In this document: in pieces, positions 1 through 12,960 of the stretch
How the letters are laid out: each line of letters opens with the position of its first letter
How positions within the stretch are numbered: position 1 is the first letter of the stretch
Assembly (NCBI RefSeq): GCF_963921235.1
Contig: NC_086107.1
Coordinates: 93,250,001 to 93,314,000, forward strand
DNA length: 64,000 bases
Direction: 5' to 3'
DNA from: Mobula hypostoma
Taxonomy: Eukaryota
Made by a program: the position numbers and the translations under genes
Notes under the pieces: model-generated
Databases searched by the model: none
The model's input: the letters and a program-made list of their open reading frames with translations, nothing else
What the model was told of the DNA's origin: nothing

Positions 1-85
1 CTCAGAGGGCAGAAAATTCCATGGATTTTCTGTTCTCAGACTAAAGAATCATCCTTTGTCATGGTCCTAGTAGGCCTAGACGCTG

Positions 86-525
86 CCTCAGTTCTGCCAA
101 CATATCTTGTGTGTGTGTCGCTCAGGATTTCCAGCATCTGCCGAATCTCGTGTGCGTAAGGTGACAAGTAGGTAGGGGAGGGGAGGGGATTGGGACTTGG
201 ATACCGGGCAGGTAGATGAGCGATGGGGATAACCAGGAGCTGGAGGTCGATGACAATGGGTGATGGGGGCTGGATGGCAAGGGGGACAAAAATGGAACAA
301 GTGGCCGAATATTGGAACGAGAGGGGGAAAGCAGAGAAGACTCTCTGAGGAGAGGGTTTACTACACTGGAAGTCTCAGTATTCATGCCACAGGTCTGTCG
401 GCTATCCAGGCATGAGACCACGTGTTCCTTTAGTGTGCATTGAACCCCAGTCTGGCAGTGGAGAATGCCAAGGATGAACAGGGCAGTGGGGGGAATAGGA
501 AGGAGAATTGAAATGGCAGACAATA
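86..525 (-). mobile_element. Degraded Penelope-like element 3' end (GIY-YIG C-terminus) with adjacent terminal-repeat fragment
   Basis: ORF 122..523 (LFILGILHCQ..LKEHVVSCLDSRQTCGMNTETS) aligns by eye to the C-terminus of the Penelope ORF at 26267..27742 (MSIHGLLYCK..LEEQHLIFRMGSLQPDGMNIDFS); 86-155 contains the terminal-repeat motif GATTTCCAGCATCTGC. Confidence 0.65.
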
Positions 526-527
526 TG

Positions 528-815
528 GATTAAAGATTAGCTGTACCTGTCACACGTACAGTGAAATGCGTCGTTTGGAGTCTTCGCCCGCGGCGTGCTG
601 GGGGCAGCCTGCGAGTGTTACGTTGGCTTCTGGCGCCAACGTGGAGTGCAGACAGCTCACTAACCCTAACCCGCATGTCTTCGGAATGAGGGAGGAAACT
701 GCAGCAGCCACAGCAGTCCCACGCAGACTTGGGCGAAGCTCCTGACAGACAACGGCGGGGAACCGAACCCTGTCCGGTGATCGCCAGCGCCCTAAGGCGG
801 TATGCTCACTGCTGC
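528..815 (-). mobile_element. tRNA-derived V-type (HE1-like) SINE, representative copy
   Basis: Minus strand has a B-box-like GGGTTCGGTTCCC head, a V-like core and a TAATCT tail. Related copies lie at about 5790-6108, 22005-22300, 22710-23000, 24190-24335 and 54870-55050. Confidence 0.65.
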
Positions 816-1415
816 TTCTTGCGGACAGAGTAGAGGTGCTCGGGGGAACGGCCGCCCTGCTCTGCCTAGGCTCGGACTCGCCGACGACAAGGAGCCCCAC
901 ATCGACAGGGTTGGGGAGTGCGTAAGGACGAGGGGCGAGGAGGGCGGAGGTGACCCGAACCACCCTTTCTATGCCCTCGGTCACACCACGGCAGCAGTGC
1001 GGGATTGAACTGTCACAGCAAAACCGGCCGCGCTGTGTCTCGGGGCGGTGACTCCTCCGACAGCTGGCCACTTAAAGCATTGACCCATTTCCACAGCAGG
1101 TGCCAGTCAGCAGTGGAGTGGCCGAGAGAGGCAGTTTGGAGCCCAGATCCTGCGGGGCCCAGCGTGTAACGTCCTGCTAGCAGGTTAACACTTCATTAGG
1201 CAATGGCATCGACATGGCTGTAATTTGATGTTTTTTTGGCCAGATTATGCTTCCGGAACATCTGCAACCCGTCTCATTCCTCTTCTACCCCTATATGCTT
1301 GCACGCCGTTTCCTTCAGAGCGCACGTCCCCGCGAGTGGAACAATCCTGCGGATATGACTCTCCACGAAACCTAACCCGACCACTGAATGCTCTGGTATT
1401 TCCTGAGACTATTTG

Positions 1416-2012
1416 CAGTCAGGTACACCTGTACGCCTGCTCGTGAATGCTAGTATCTAATCAGCCAATCATGAGGAAGCATGAAAGCACGCAGACATGG
1501 TCAAGAGGTTCAGCTGTTGCTCGGGCCGATCATCAGAATGGGGAAGAAATGTGACTTTGACTGTGGAATGATTGTTGGTGCCAGACGGGGTGGTTCGAGT
1601 ATCTCAGGAACTGCTGATCTCCTGGGGTTTTCGTGCTCGGCAGTCTCTAGAGCACCCCTCCCCCCACGCCGGTTAATGGTAGGGGTCCATGGCATAAAAA
1701 AGGTTGGAAATCTAGAGTTTACACAAAATGGTGCAAAAAAAAACATAAAGCGTCAGCAGCAGCAGTTCTGTGGGCAAAAATACCCTCTTCATTAGCGAGG
1801 TCGGCGGAGAATGGCCAGGCTGGTTCAAGATGACTGTAACACAAATAACCACATATTACAACAGTGGTGTGCAAAAGAACACCTCTGAATGCACAATACA
1901 TCGAATCTTGAAGGGGATGAACTGCAGTAGCAGAAGATCATAAACACACATTGCACCCTGTAGCCATTTACTAGGTAGAGATGGTACCTAATAAGGTGTC
2001 CAATGATTGTAC
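1416..2012 (+). mobile_element. Non-autonomous Tc1/mariner derivative retaining the transposase N-terminal HTH
   Basis: ORF 1481..1795 contains MGKKCDFDCGMIVGARRGGSSISGTADLLGFS, typical of fish Tc1 transposase N-termini. Right end GTACCTAATAAGGTGTCC is the inverted counterpart of the GGCCACTTTATTAGGTAC left end of the 7012 copy. Confidence 0.8.
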
Positions 2013-2215
2013 GTCACCTTGTGTTACAGTGACTAGTCTGGTGTGTATCTGTTGCTGGTGAGAAGTGTGAGCATATCACTATTTTTATTAGAAAATGATA
2101 TGATGGGGGTGATCTATGTCTGCATGTAATCCCAGGACAGAACAGTTCAGTTTCCTGTGAACTCGATCGCACAGACTTTGACTTCCCAGTGGACATGCAG
2201 GGATTTAAAGTTAAA

Positions 2216-2352
2216 ACATAGAAGCATAGAAAACCTGCAGCACAATACAGGCCCTTCAGCCCACAAAGTTGTGCCAAACATGTCCCTACCTTAGAAATTA
2301 CTAGGCTTACCTATAGCCCTCAATTTTTCTAAGCTCCATGTACCTATCCAAA
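2216..2352 (-). mobile_element. CR1 LINE 3' end fragment
   Basis: ACATAGAAGCATAGAA tail and 3' UTR match the CR1 end at 19190-19315 (reverse complement). Confidence 0.8.
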
Positions 2353-2354
2353 AT

Positions 2355-2905
2355 TCAAAAGTTCAAATAAACTTATTATCAATGTGCCTATACGTCACTG
2401 TATGCAACCCTGACATTCATTTTCTTGTGGGCATACTCAATAAATCCATAGTAGAATCAATGAAAGACCGTACCAACTTGGGCCTACAACTACTGTGCAA
2501 AAAACAACAAACTGCAAATACAAAAAAGAAAGAAATAATAATAATAATAATAAATAAACAAACAATAAATACCGAGAACATGAGGTGACGAGTTCTTGAA
2601 AGTGAGACCATGGGTGGTGGGAATATTTCAATGATGGGCGGGTGAAGTTGAATGAAGTTATCCTCTTTGGTTCAAGAGCCTGATGGTTGAGGGGTAGTAA
2701 CTATTCCTGAACCTGGTGGTGTGAGTCCTGAGGCTCCTGTACCTTCTTCCTGATGGCAGCAGCGAGAAGGGAACATGTCCCGGGTGGTGGGGGGTCCCTG
2801 ATGATAGATGCTGCAACAACATTTCATGCAGGTGTGCTCGAAGGTGGGGAGGGCTTTACCCCTAATGGACTGGGCCCTATCCCTTACTTTTTTTTTGTAG
2901 GATTT
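2355..2905 (-). mobile_element. Rex1/Babar-like LINE 3' fragment
   Basis: Shares the GRRYRSLRTHTTRFRNSYYPS-encoding segment and TTGAAC-type tail with the copy at 46300-48815. Confidence 0.65.
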
Positions 2906-3194
2906 GCAGGCTTGGTCTCTGACCTGCAGGCCTCAACATCCAGTCTTCTAATTTGGCAATGGGGCAAGAGAAGGAACCAACTCATTTCAACACCACATCA
3001 TTCCCCTTCAAAGTACAAGGTTAGATCAACCTTAAACTTGCAAAACTATACTATGAATTTGAGTATCAAACAATGGTTTATGTAATCAGAGATTGGTAAT
3101 ACACTTAATCTATGGTTGTGTCTACAATAACCTTGAGCTGTCAATTAGTAACATACTGAGTGTTTATTATGGGTTTGATCTTAATCTTGCTTTA

Positions 3195-3492
3195 CATAGA
3201 AACATAGAAACATAGAAAATAGGTGCAGGAGTAGGCCATTCGGCCCTTCGAGCCTGCACCGCCATTTATTATGATCATGGCTGATCATCCAACTTAGAAC
3301 CCCGCCCCAGCCTTCCCTCCATACCCCCTGACCCCCGTAGCCACAAGGGCCATATCTAACTCCCTCTTAAATATAGCCAATGAACTGGCCTCAACTGTTT
3401 CCTGTGGCAGAGAATTCCACAGATTCACCACTCCCTGTGTGAAGAAGTTTTTCCTAATCTCGGTCCTAAAAGGCTTCCCCTCTATCCTCAAA
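3195..3492 (-). mobile_element. Young CR1 LINE 3' end
   Basis: ORF 3294..3491 (RIEGKPFRTEIRKNFFTQ..LPQETVEASSLAIFKRELD) is almost identical to the end of ORF 44399..46078; (CATAGAAA)n tail. Confidence 0.9.
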
Positions 3493-3512
3493 ATGTTTTA
3501 ATTGCTTTATCA

Positions 3513-4832
3513 GAAAAGCTCCTGAACAAGAATGATTGTGGACTTCAGAAAGGGTAACATGAGGGAACACAAACCAATCCTTCAGAGGGGGATCAGAAGT
3601 GGAGAGAATGAGAAATTTTATGTTCCTGTGTCTCAAGATCTCTGAGGATCTAACCTGGTCCCAACATATCAATGCAGCTACAAAGAAGGCCAAACAGTGA
3701 CTATATTTCCTCAGAGAGTTGGTTTGTCACCTAAAGCACTCGGAACATCTAAGATTAGATTAGATTATGAGGACACGCAGTCCTCTTTTATTGTCATTTT
3801 GTAATGCATGCATTAAGAAATGATACAATATTCCTCTGGTGTGATATCACAAAAACACAGGACAGATCAAGACTGATAAACTAACAAAAAACCACATAAT
3901 TATAACATATAGTTACAACAGCGCAATAATACCGTAACTTGATGAAGAACAGGCCATGGCACAGTAAAAAAGTTCAAAGTCTCTCAAATGTCCCACATCT
4001 CACGCAGACGGGAGAAGGAAGAAAACGCTCCCTGCCATGCCCGACCACAGTCCGACTCTGATTCGTCCGAAAACTTTGAGCCTCCGATCAGCCCTCCGAC
4101 ACCGAGTAGTGAGTGCCATCTGTATCCAAACGATTCGACCTCACCCTCCTTCACCAGCAGCAGGCAAAGCCAGGGATTTTGGGGCCTTCCCTCCGGAAGA
4201 TTCTTGATCGCCCAGTAACAGCGGCAGCGAACCGGCGTTTCAGAAATTTCTCCAGATGTTCCTCTGTGCTTTCACATCTGTCTCCAGCAAATCAGAATTG
4301 TCCACGGCCCCTATTTAACAGAAACGATATCACTTCATGGGAGAGCTGCGCGCCGTCCATGTACTGTGGATGACAGGCTGCATCACCGTCCAGTATGGGG
4401 TTCTACTGCTACTGTAAAATTAATCAGCTCCTCACGGGTACTAGCCTCCATAGTATCCAAGACATCCCTAAGGAATTGTGCCTCAGAAAGGCGGCATCCA
4501 TCATTAAGGACCCCCCATCACCCAGAACATGCCCTCTTGTCACTGTTACCATCAGGGAGGAGGTACAGAATTCTGAAGGCACACACTCAGCAATACAGAA
4601 ACAGCTTCTTCCCCTCTGCCATCTGATTTCTAAATAGATATTTGGCCCAGGAACAGTACCTTACTTTTTAATTTTTTTGTTTTTGCACTACTATTCTTAA
4701 TTTAATGATTTAATATACATATACTTACTGTAACTCAATTTTTCTATATTTATCATGTATTGCATAGTATTGCTGCCTCTAAGTTAATAAATTTCATGAC
4801 ATATGCCAGTGATATTAAACCTGATTCTGATT
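3513..4832 (+). mobile_element. Rex1/Babar-like LINE 3' fragment, interrupted at 3752-4357
   Basis: GRRYRILKAHTQQYRNSFFPSAI (ORF 4366..4626); tail GATATTAAACCTGATTCTGATTC. Confidence 0.7.
3752..4357 (-). mobile_element. ~600-bp non-coding retroelement with (ATCTA)n tail
   Basis: Shares both ends with 60385-61025 (TAGATTATGAGGACAC.CAGTCCTCTTTTATTGTCATTT..ATGCATGCATTAAGAAATGATACAAT); interrupts the host LINE. Confidence 0.75.
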
Positions 4833-5330
4833 CATTTAATTGTCCTCCATCCAATTTTGTCTCTTGCAAAATGGGAAAGTCAAAATTAATTATACTTTTC
4901 TAGTTGGGCTCTGTGCCTGCCTAACTTCCCTTAGCCGGGCTGAGATTTTACATGATGTTAAGAATTTTCTCAGATCAGGTACAACTGAATGCGAGAGAAA
5001 CATTTGGAGATGCTTTAGAGGAGAAGCAATTATTTTCCGCCCAAGAGGAGATTTAGACGAGGAACCGAGAGGCAGGTGCGTAAGGGAGTATGATGAAGTG
5101 AGGAGATCAAGATGGACCCAGCCACTTCCACCATGGGTGGAGCTCTCCACACCATTGAGGACATCTACAAGAAGTGATGTCTCATCATCAACGACCCCCA
5201 TCATCCAGGCCATGCTCTCTTCTCCATGCTACCATCAGGCAGGATTTTAAGCAGCCTGAAGACCCACAGCTCAGAAATCAACAACAGTAATGATTATTTT
5301 TATATAATTCTGAAGAGAAGTAATGGGCTA

Positions 5331-5393
5331 TCGAGAGACCTACTCAATGGACAGATCGAGAGACCTACTCAATGGACAGATCGAGAGACCTAC
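5331..5393. repeat. 25-bp tandem repeat, about 2.5 copies
   Basis: TCGAGAGACCTACTCAATGGACAGA repeated directly. Confidence 0.9.
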
Positions 5394-6108
5394 ATTCCAC
5401 ATTCATTTCCTTCAAGCCAGCAACAAAGCAATTTGTGAAAGAAATCATCACTACATCTTGTACATCCATATTGTGGAGGAATATTAGACTTGAACAATGA
5501 AAAACAGCTCCATGCTCAGAGGCCAGCAAAATGGACATAGGACAGAAGATACCTGTGGAGTCGGGCTGCCAAGTGCTGAGGACGAGGACCAGTGAGGACG
5601 CAGGTTGGTGAGTCCTTGGATCGGATGTCCGGGTGAGTGAGTGGGGGGTGGGTGGTGAGGACACAAGAGCCTGTAATCACCTTGGGTATGCATGCTGATG
5701 CGACTGTGGCCTGGAGTTCATGTAGACATGGAAACTTCCTTCAGAAAAACTTCAGGCTCGTTCTAATTCAAAATATTGGACATAAATTAAAGATTAAAGC
5801 TCAACATTATTTGTCACATTTTGAAGCATACAGTGATATGTGTTGTTTGCGTCAATGATCAACGCAGTCCGAGGATGTGCTGGGGGTGGGAGGGCACTAG
5901 TTTTGCCATACTCTGGTGCCAGCAAAGATGCCCACAGCTTGCTAATCCTGACCGGCACGTCTTTGGAATGTGGGAGCAAACTGGAGAACCCGAGGAAACC
6001 CATATCGTCCTGGGGAGAAGGTACGTACTCCTTACAGGCAATGAAGGAATCGCACACCGATCAGTGATCCCTGGTGCAGTACATTGATTACATTATCCAC
6101 TACACTAA

Positions 6109-6791
6109 TGTAAGGTGTTTCTTCTTTTATGTTACAGCGTAGTCTAATCAAAATGGCTTCTTTGTTATGTTACTGCGATGTAAGGAGTTCTCTCTCTCTG
6201 CTTGTTTGGGTTATATCATTGATAAGAGGAAGAACGAACCAATTGGGATAGATGTTATTCTTTCTTGTGTGTCTGTAAGCTATTGTTTTGCGGGCTTTGG
6301 GGCAGAAGGCGAAGGGGGACAGAGAGAGGAGACGCGATGCTGTAAACTGGCCGACGGGACAGACCTGAGTGGGAGTCCAAGGCCCAGGGTCTTCGGTGAG
6401 GAGAGGAGATGAAGACAGACTGGTGTGGAGCGTCTGGTCAACCCCCGTGGTTGGTCCCAGGGGGTGGGTCGAGGGGGTCGGAGGGGACCGAGTGGTGGAA
6501 AGAGGACCCCGGTAATTGAGCTCCAACTGTTGTGCATGAAGTGGTTGAACTTTGATAAGTTTGGCACCTTTTACTTTCCTTTTATATATTATCTCTATTA
6601 ATTACATAGTTCCAGTAAGCTCTATAAAGTGTAATCATTTAATCGCATATGGTGTATTGTCTGTTATTTGATGGAGTGGGGTACATCACACAGCATCCAC
6701 ACAAACTTGATTACCCAGTTTGGCGGAGCCAAAGGCTGCTCCCCCTCGACGAAAGCGAGTTGAGCGAGCCTGAGGTTTACCAGGGGCTGCA
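6109..6791. mobile_element. Solo LTR (683 bp)
   Basis: TG...CA termini; 4-bp TSD CTAA at 6105-6108 and 6792-6795; inserted into a V-SINE head. Confidence 0.75.
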
Positions 6792-7011
6792 CTAACAATG
6801 ACTTTTTTAACTTGCAAAGTTTGGGGCTTAGATCACTGATGGTCTTAAGGCACAAAATGCAATCAGCGGTGGCTTCATTATTAGTTAATAATGAGATCGA
6901 TGAATATTTAAGCAGATGTATTCCGAATATAGAATGATGACAGATGGATCAGCCGTACCTTAGAGAACAGTGGACAGGCTCGAGAGCTCGACTGGTTTCT
7001 TCCTGGTTCTC

Positions 7012-7541
7012 CACTGAGTGGCCACTTTATTAGGTACACCTGTACACCTGCTCGTTAATGCAAATATCTAATCAGCCAATCACAAGCCAGCAATGCAATG
7101 CATAAAAGCGTACAGTTAGGTTCAGATGTTGTTTAAAACAAACGCCAGAATGGGGAAGAAATGCGATCGAAGTGATGCTGACCATGGAATGATGGCTGGT
7201 GCCAGACGGGGTGAATTGAGTAACTGCTGGGATTTTCATGCACAACAGTGTCTAGATGATGACTGTTTACAGCGAACAACAAAAGCACATTCAGTGAGAG
7301 GAAGTTCCATGGGAAAAAAATGCCTTGTTAATGAGAGAAGTCAGAGGGGAACGGCCAGACTGGTTCAAGCTGACAGGAAGGTGACAGTAACTCAAGTAAC
7401 CACGCGTTACAACAGTGGTGTGCAGAAGAGCATCTCTGAACGGAGAACACGTTAAACCTTGAAGTGAATGGGCTAGAGCAGCAGAAGGCTACAAACATAT
7501 GCACAGTAGTCTCTTTATTAGGTACGAGAGGCCACTGAGTG
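7012..7541 (+). mobile_element. Non-autonomous Tc1/mariner derivative
   Basis: Left end CACTGAGTGGCCACTTTATTAGGTAC, right end GGCCACTGAGTG; ORF 7126..7455 (MGKKCDRSDADHGMMAGARRG..NERSQRGTARLVQADRKVTVTQVTTRYN). Confidence 0.85.
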
Positions 7542-7820
7542 TAAATATCAGTGACCAGTCAACGAATCCCGTTCTCTGGGGCAGATCATCTACTTACTGG
7601 AAGATGGTCCAGTGGTTTCACAGCAACGGATCCTTGAGACTGTAGATTGGAAGGTGCCCATAACAAGGAACAAGCTTCATGCTCCCCACCGAGCAGCCAC
7701 AACACTGTCCGCTGATTTTTAAACATTAGCCTCCTGTACACACTTCCTCCTTCCAAGGTTTTGTGGCTCCTAAAGTCCACACTTGGAAGACTAGCATTGT
7801 GTGTGTGTTGCTATGGGTTT

Positions 7821-8212
7821 GGGTGGCGCGGTGGAGATGCGTCTCTGCTAAAGGAGGCATAAGGCGCTCCTTCCCTCCGCTAGCCTGAAGGTCACCCTTG
7901 GGCAAGGTGCTTCGTTCCCCGAGCAGGGTCATGTGAAGCCATGTGAGCAGGTGGTGGATGGCCCTATGAGCAGCTGGTGCATATCACAAGTCCCGGTCAT
8001 GCCACCACTGATGCCAGGCAGACAATCTCTGAAGAGTATTGATAATGGCTGGAGGATGGTCACCCGTCTTGTAAAGACACAGCCCAGAAGAAGGCGATGG
8101 CAAACCACATCTGTAATTTGTCAAGAATGATCATGGTCAAGACCATGATCGCCAATGTCATATGACACGGCACATAATGATGATGTCATATGACATGACG
8201 CATAATGATAAT
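7821..8212 (+). mobile_element. SINE-like repeat family with (ATG)n tail, representative copy
   Basis: GTGG..GGTGGAGATGCGTCTCT..AAAGGAGG..TAAGGCGCTCCTTCCCTCCGCTAGCCTG head; homologous copies at about 13738-14070, 34958-35325 and 52890-53240. Confidence 0.75.
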
Positions 8213-11199
8213 GCAAAGTTATGAAGGATATAGATATGATAAATGCAAGCAGGCTTTTTCCACTGGGGTTAGGTGAGACTAGAACTAAAGGTTAGAGGTT
8301 AAGGGTGAAAGTTAAAATATTTAAGGGGAATCTGAGGGGGAGCTTCTTCACTCAGAGGGCAGTGTGAGTGAGGACGAGCTGCCAGCAAGAGTGGTGGATG
8401 CGGATTCAGTTACAATATTTAAGAGAAATTTGGCTAACTAAGTAAATGGATGGGAGGAGTATGGAGGACTATGGTCCAGGTGCAGGTTAATGGGACGAGG
8501 CAGAGTAACAGTTTAGCACAAGCTAGATGGGCCGAAGGGCCTGTTTCTGTGCTGTGATGTTCTATGACTGTATGTCATCCAGTCATTACAACACTGTGGT
8601 GGTCACTATAGCAATGGAACAAGCACTGTGGGGCATCTTGAGGATATAACAGGCGCCACGAAAATGCAAGCCCCTGAGCAGTTTCCGAGGATGCACCATA
8701 GAGGGAAGTAGGGGCTGCGAGGTAAGGCAGCAAAGGAGGAGGCAGGAGCCCTGGCAGCTTCTCAGGGTCAGGGCAGAATACAAAGAGACAGTCTGTCAGT
8801 CGGTGTGACGCTGCCCATTTCTCCAGCTCCATCTACAGCTTCGCTCCATGGCAGATGCTGCCCAGCATAAAAGACTGGGTGTTCATTCAGCTAAGCACGC
8901 CAGAAGGATCTCTCCACCAGGGGCACAAAGACCCACTGTGAGGCTGGCTGCCCCGCTGCCAGCTTCCACGAGCTGACAGTTACGAGTTGGCATTCCATTA
9001 ATTTAACTTTTCTTTTTAAGCCTTTGATGAGAACCAGTGATTGAATCTGAGATCGGGGAATAGTAATTCTGCCTCCCACAACCAGTTTACACGGTCTTGA
9101 GTCTGTGTTCAGGGTGTCGATCATAAGACATAGGAGAGAAATTAGGCCATTTGGCCCATCGAGTCTGCTCCGCCACTCAATCACGTCTGATCTTTATTTC
9201 CCCTCCTCAGCCTGGCTCCCCGGCCTTCTCCCCATAACCTTTGATGCTCTACCAAGGACAATGCCCCTCCCTTTGGAGCCCCGGGATCCAAGCCCAAAGG
9301 GCAAACCCGTGGTCAGGAGAGTCTGGGAGTCGATATCTAGAGGACAGTGAACTCTGAGATTGGAGGCTTGACGTCTGCGAGTATGAGAGTCTGGGTCCTG
9401 TGTGTGTGTGTGTGTGTGTGTGTGAGAGAACTGGGCTTGTCTTGCTTTTGTCTTGTTTCTTTTACTGGTTTTGTATTTTTTTTTTGTGCAAGCCCGTTAT
9501 GTGTAAGATGGAAGTCTTAACTCAGTGACCACGTGGAAGCCAAGATGACCTGTCCTGGGGGTTAAAGGACAGCGTATGTGTGTGTGGGTGGGAGAGAGCA
9601 ACGGGGCTTGCTTTGCTGTTGCTGTTTTGTTGCTTGTTGCGTTCTGCTTTCTGACTGTACTGTGCTGCTCCGCTGACCATTGTGGGAATGCTATGTTGGT
9701 GCTGGAATCTGTGGGAACAATGGGGGGGGGGGCTCCCCAACAATTTGCTTGGATTTGTTCGTTGTTAATTCAAATGATTCCTTTCACTGTATATTTCAAT
9801 GTGCATGTGAAAAATAAATCTGAATATGAATCTGTATTGAGTTACTCCAACTTTACCGCTTAGCGATTTACTCAAATTGGAAGGAACATTGACAGATAGC
9901 CGTAGTCTTTAGTGTTTGCTTAAGTGCCACCTGATATATTGAGGGAGTCCACGTGGTGACTGTAACCTGTTGGAGGAGAGTTTGATGAAGTATAGTGATA
10001 GAGGATGATAAAGTTAAACAACATGGAAACGTTGTGTCTGCGTGGAGCAAGAACGGCAATGGAATAGTGGGGGTTAAATGTTCACACCGTCACATTAGTA
10101 ATGGTACACACTGCACAACTTAGTGTGGGAGCAATGAACAGAGGCCACCGAGAAGAAAAGCCAGCGCACTTGAAAACGCACCAGAAGAGTGCTTCACAGG
10201 TGTACAAGGCATGGCTGATTAACTGCGCGGCCAATGGACCGTATGAGCCCTTGCCACATTCTCGCGATGGACCTGATATGCTACAGGAAACAGGCCCCTC
10301 AGCCTAATTCATCCATATCAACCAAAATGCCCAACTACAGTACATGGAACTAGAACACTACAGCACAGTACAGGCCCTTCAGCCCACAATGTTGTGCCAA
10401 CCTTTCAGCCCACTCTAAGATCAATCTAACCCTTCCTTACTGCATAGCCCTCCATTTCTCTATCACCCACGTGCATAACAAACGCCCCTAACGTATCTGC
10501 CTCTACCACCATTCCATGCACTGATCACTCTCTGTGTAGAAAATCTTTCCCCTGGTGTACTCCTATACTTTTCTCCAACCTCAGGATAGTGTGTGGTGAT
10601 ATATATAGATATATTGATAATAAAATTACTTTGAACTCTGAACTTTGAACCTTCTGCCTGAAGATGTTGCTGCTTGGATCCTTTATTTCCAGGTGTGGAT
10701 GATGTTGAAGGGGAACCTGCCGGGCTTTAAGGCTGCAAGCTGTAATGGTGTCTCCATCCGCTGTCAACCTCATCCTTCAAGGCGGCTGCTTTGGGACCTG
10801 CTACCAGACTTATGAAGGCCAATGTGCCAAAGGCTCACTTTATGACCCTGTCTACCTATGACAACACTTCCAAGTAATTATGGACCTGTATTCCCAGATC
10901 CATCTGTTCTACCGCACTCCTCAGTGTCCTACTGTTCACTGTGTAAGTCCTACCCTGGTTTGTCCTCCAAAGTGCAACACCTCACACTTGCCTGCATTAA
11001 ATTCCACCTGCCACTTTTCAGCTCGTTTTTCGAGATCCCACTGCAAACTTTGAACACCTTCCTTGCTGCCCGCTATCTTGGTGTCATCTGCAAATTTGCT
11101 GATCTAGTTTAAGCAGGTTACCGTCCAGATCATTGATACAGACGACAAAAAAGCGACGGACCCAGCACTGATTCCTGCAGCACACCACTAGTCACAGGA

Positions 11200-12960
11200 T
11201 CAGAATCAGGTGTAATATCACTGGCACATGTCATGAAATGTGTTGTTTTGCTGCAGCAGTATATTGCAATGCATAAGAAAAATATGGGTTCATTGTCTGT
11301 TCAGAAATCTGATAGTGGAGGGGAAGCAACTGTCTCCAAAATGTTGAATGTGAGCCTTCAGGCTCCTGTACCTCCTCCTGGATGACAGCAATGAGAAACG
11401 GGAATGTCCTGAGTGGGGCTCCTCAATGATGGATGTGGCCTTATTGAGGCATCGCATTTAGAAGCTGACCTCGACCTTAGGGAGGCTGGAGCCCATGTTG
11501 AAGCCGGCTGAGTTGCAACTTTCTGACCCTGTGCAGTGGCCCCTCGATACCAGACAGTGATGCAACCAGTTAGAACGCTGTCCTCGGTACATCTGCAGAA
11601 ATATAGTCACTGTCCTGCTTTCTCTATGATTTCTTCAATATCTTGGGCCCACGATAGATCCTCAGTGATGTTGATACCCAGGAACTTGAAACTGTTCACC
11701 CTCTCTACTGTGGATCCTTCAATAATACCTGATGTGTATTCCTTCACCTTCCCTTTCCTGAAATCTTAATGACGTTGAGTGCAAGGTTGCTGTTGTGACA
11801 CCACTCAGCCAGCTGATCAATCTCACTCCTGTGCACCTTCCCATCGCCGTCTGAAATTCTGCCCCCATAATTGTGTCATCGGCAAATTTATAGATTGCAT
11901 TTGAGCTGTGCCTAGCCATACAATCGTGGGTGTAGGGAAAGTAAAGCAGTGCGGCTAAGCACTCATCCTTAAGGCGTGCCAAAGTTGTTTGTCAACAAGG
12001 AGGAGATGATATTTCCAATCTGAGAGAGGAGGAAGAAATTTTATTTCCAAACTTCACTGACGGTGGTGTTCTGGCTAGAAAGCTGAGGATCCAGTTACAG
12101 ATTTTGGAGCTTCTTGATTAGTAGTGAAGGTATGATTGTGTTGAACGTTGAGCTGTAGTCAATAAACAGCAGTCTGACGTAGGTATTGCTGTTGCCCAGG
12201 TGGTCTAAGGCCATGTGGAGAGCCAGTAAGATTGCATCCGCCATAGACTTTTTGTGGTGATTGGCAAATTGCAGCAGCCTAGGTCCTTGTTTAGGCAAGA
12301 GTTGGTTCTGGCCATGATCAGCCTCTCAAAGCAATTTCCTCACAGAAGATGTGAGTACTGCTGGTGAGTCATTGAGGTAGCTCATCCTGCTCTTCTTGAG
12401 TATGGGTATGATTGTCGTCCTTTTGAAGCTGATGGGAACCTTTGACTGCAGAACTGAGAAACTGAAGATGTCCTTGAACACTCCCACCAGTTGGTTGACA
12501 CAGGTTTTCAGTGCTCTACCAAGTACACCATCAGGACCTGACATCTTGCGAGGGTTCACCTTCTTGAAAGACGGTCTGCCATCGGCCTCCAAGAGAGAGA
12601 TCACAGGGTCACCAGACACTGCGGGAATCCTCAGAGCGGGCATAAAAGCCCCTTTCAAAGCGTGCATAAAAACTGTTGAGCTCATTTGTGAGTGAAACAT
12701 CACAGACATTCCTGATGTTAGGTTTCACTTTGTAGGAAGTAATGGCCTGCAAACCCTTCCAAAGCTGACATGCATCCAATTCCATCTCTAACTTCAATTA
12801 AAATTGTTTCTTTGCTCTTAATATAGCCTTCTGTAGGTTGTACCTGGACTTTTGTGAACGTCACAAATATAGTCCTCAGCAGACTGTGAATCTTCTGGTT
12901 CATTCATGGCGTTTGGTTTGGATACTTCTGGTATGTTCTGAAAGGCTGAACGCGCACAGG
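11200..12960 (-). mobile_element. Degraded Rex1/Babar-like LINE (RT region and 3' end)
   Basis: ORF fragments VNPRKMSGPDGVLGRALKTC, HLGNSNTYVRLLFIDYSSTFNTIIP and IYKFADDT; many frameshifts. Confidence 0.85.

Noticed and set aside
4965..5630. Possible host exons (AG..GT bounded segments near 4974-5074 and 5531-5604)
   Set aside because: No recognisable protein similarity; splice signals alone are insufficient.
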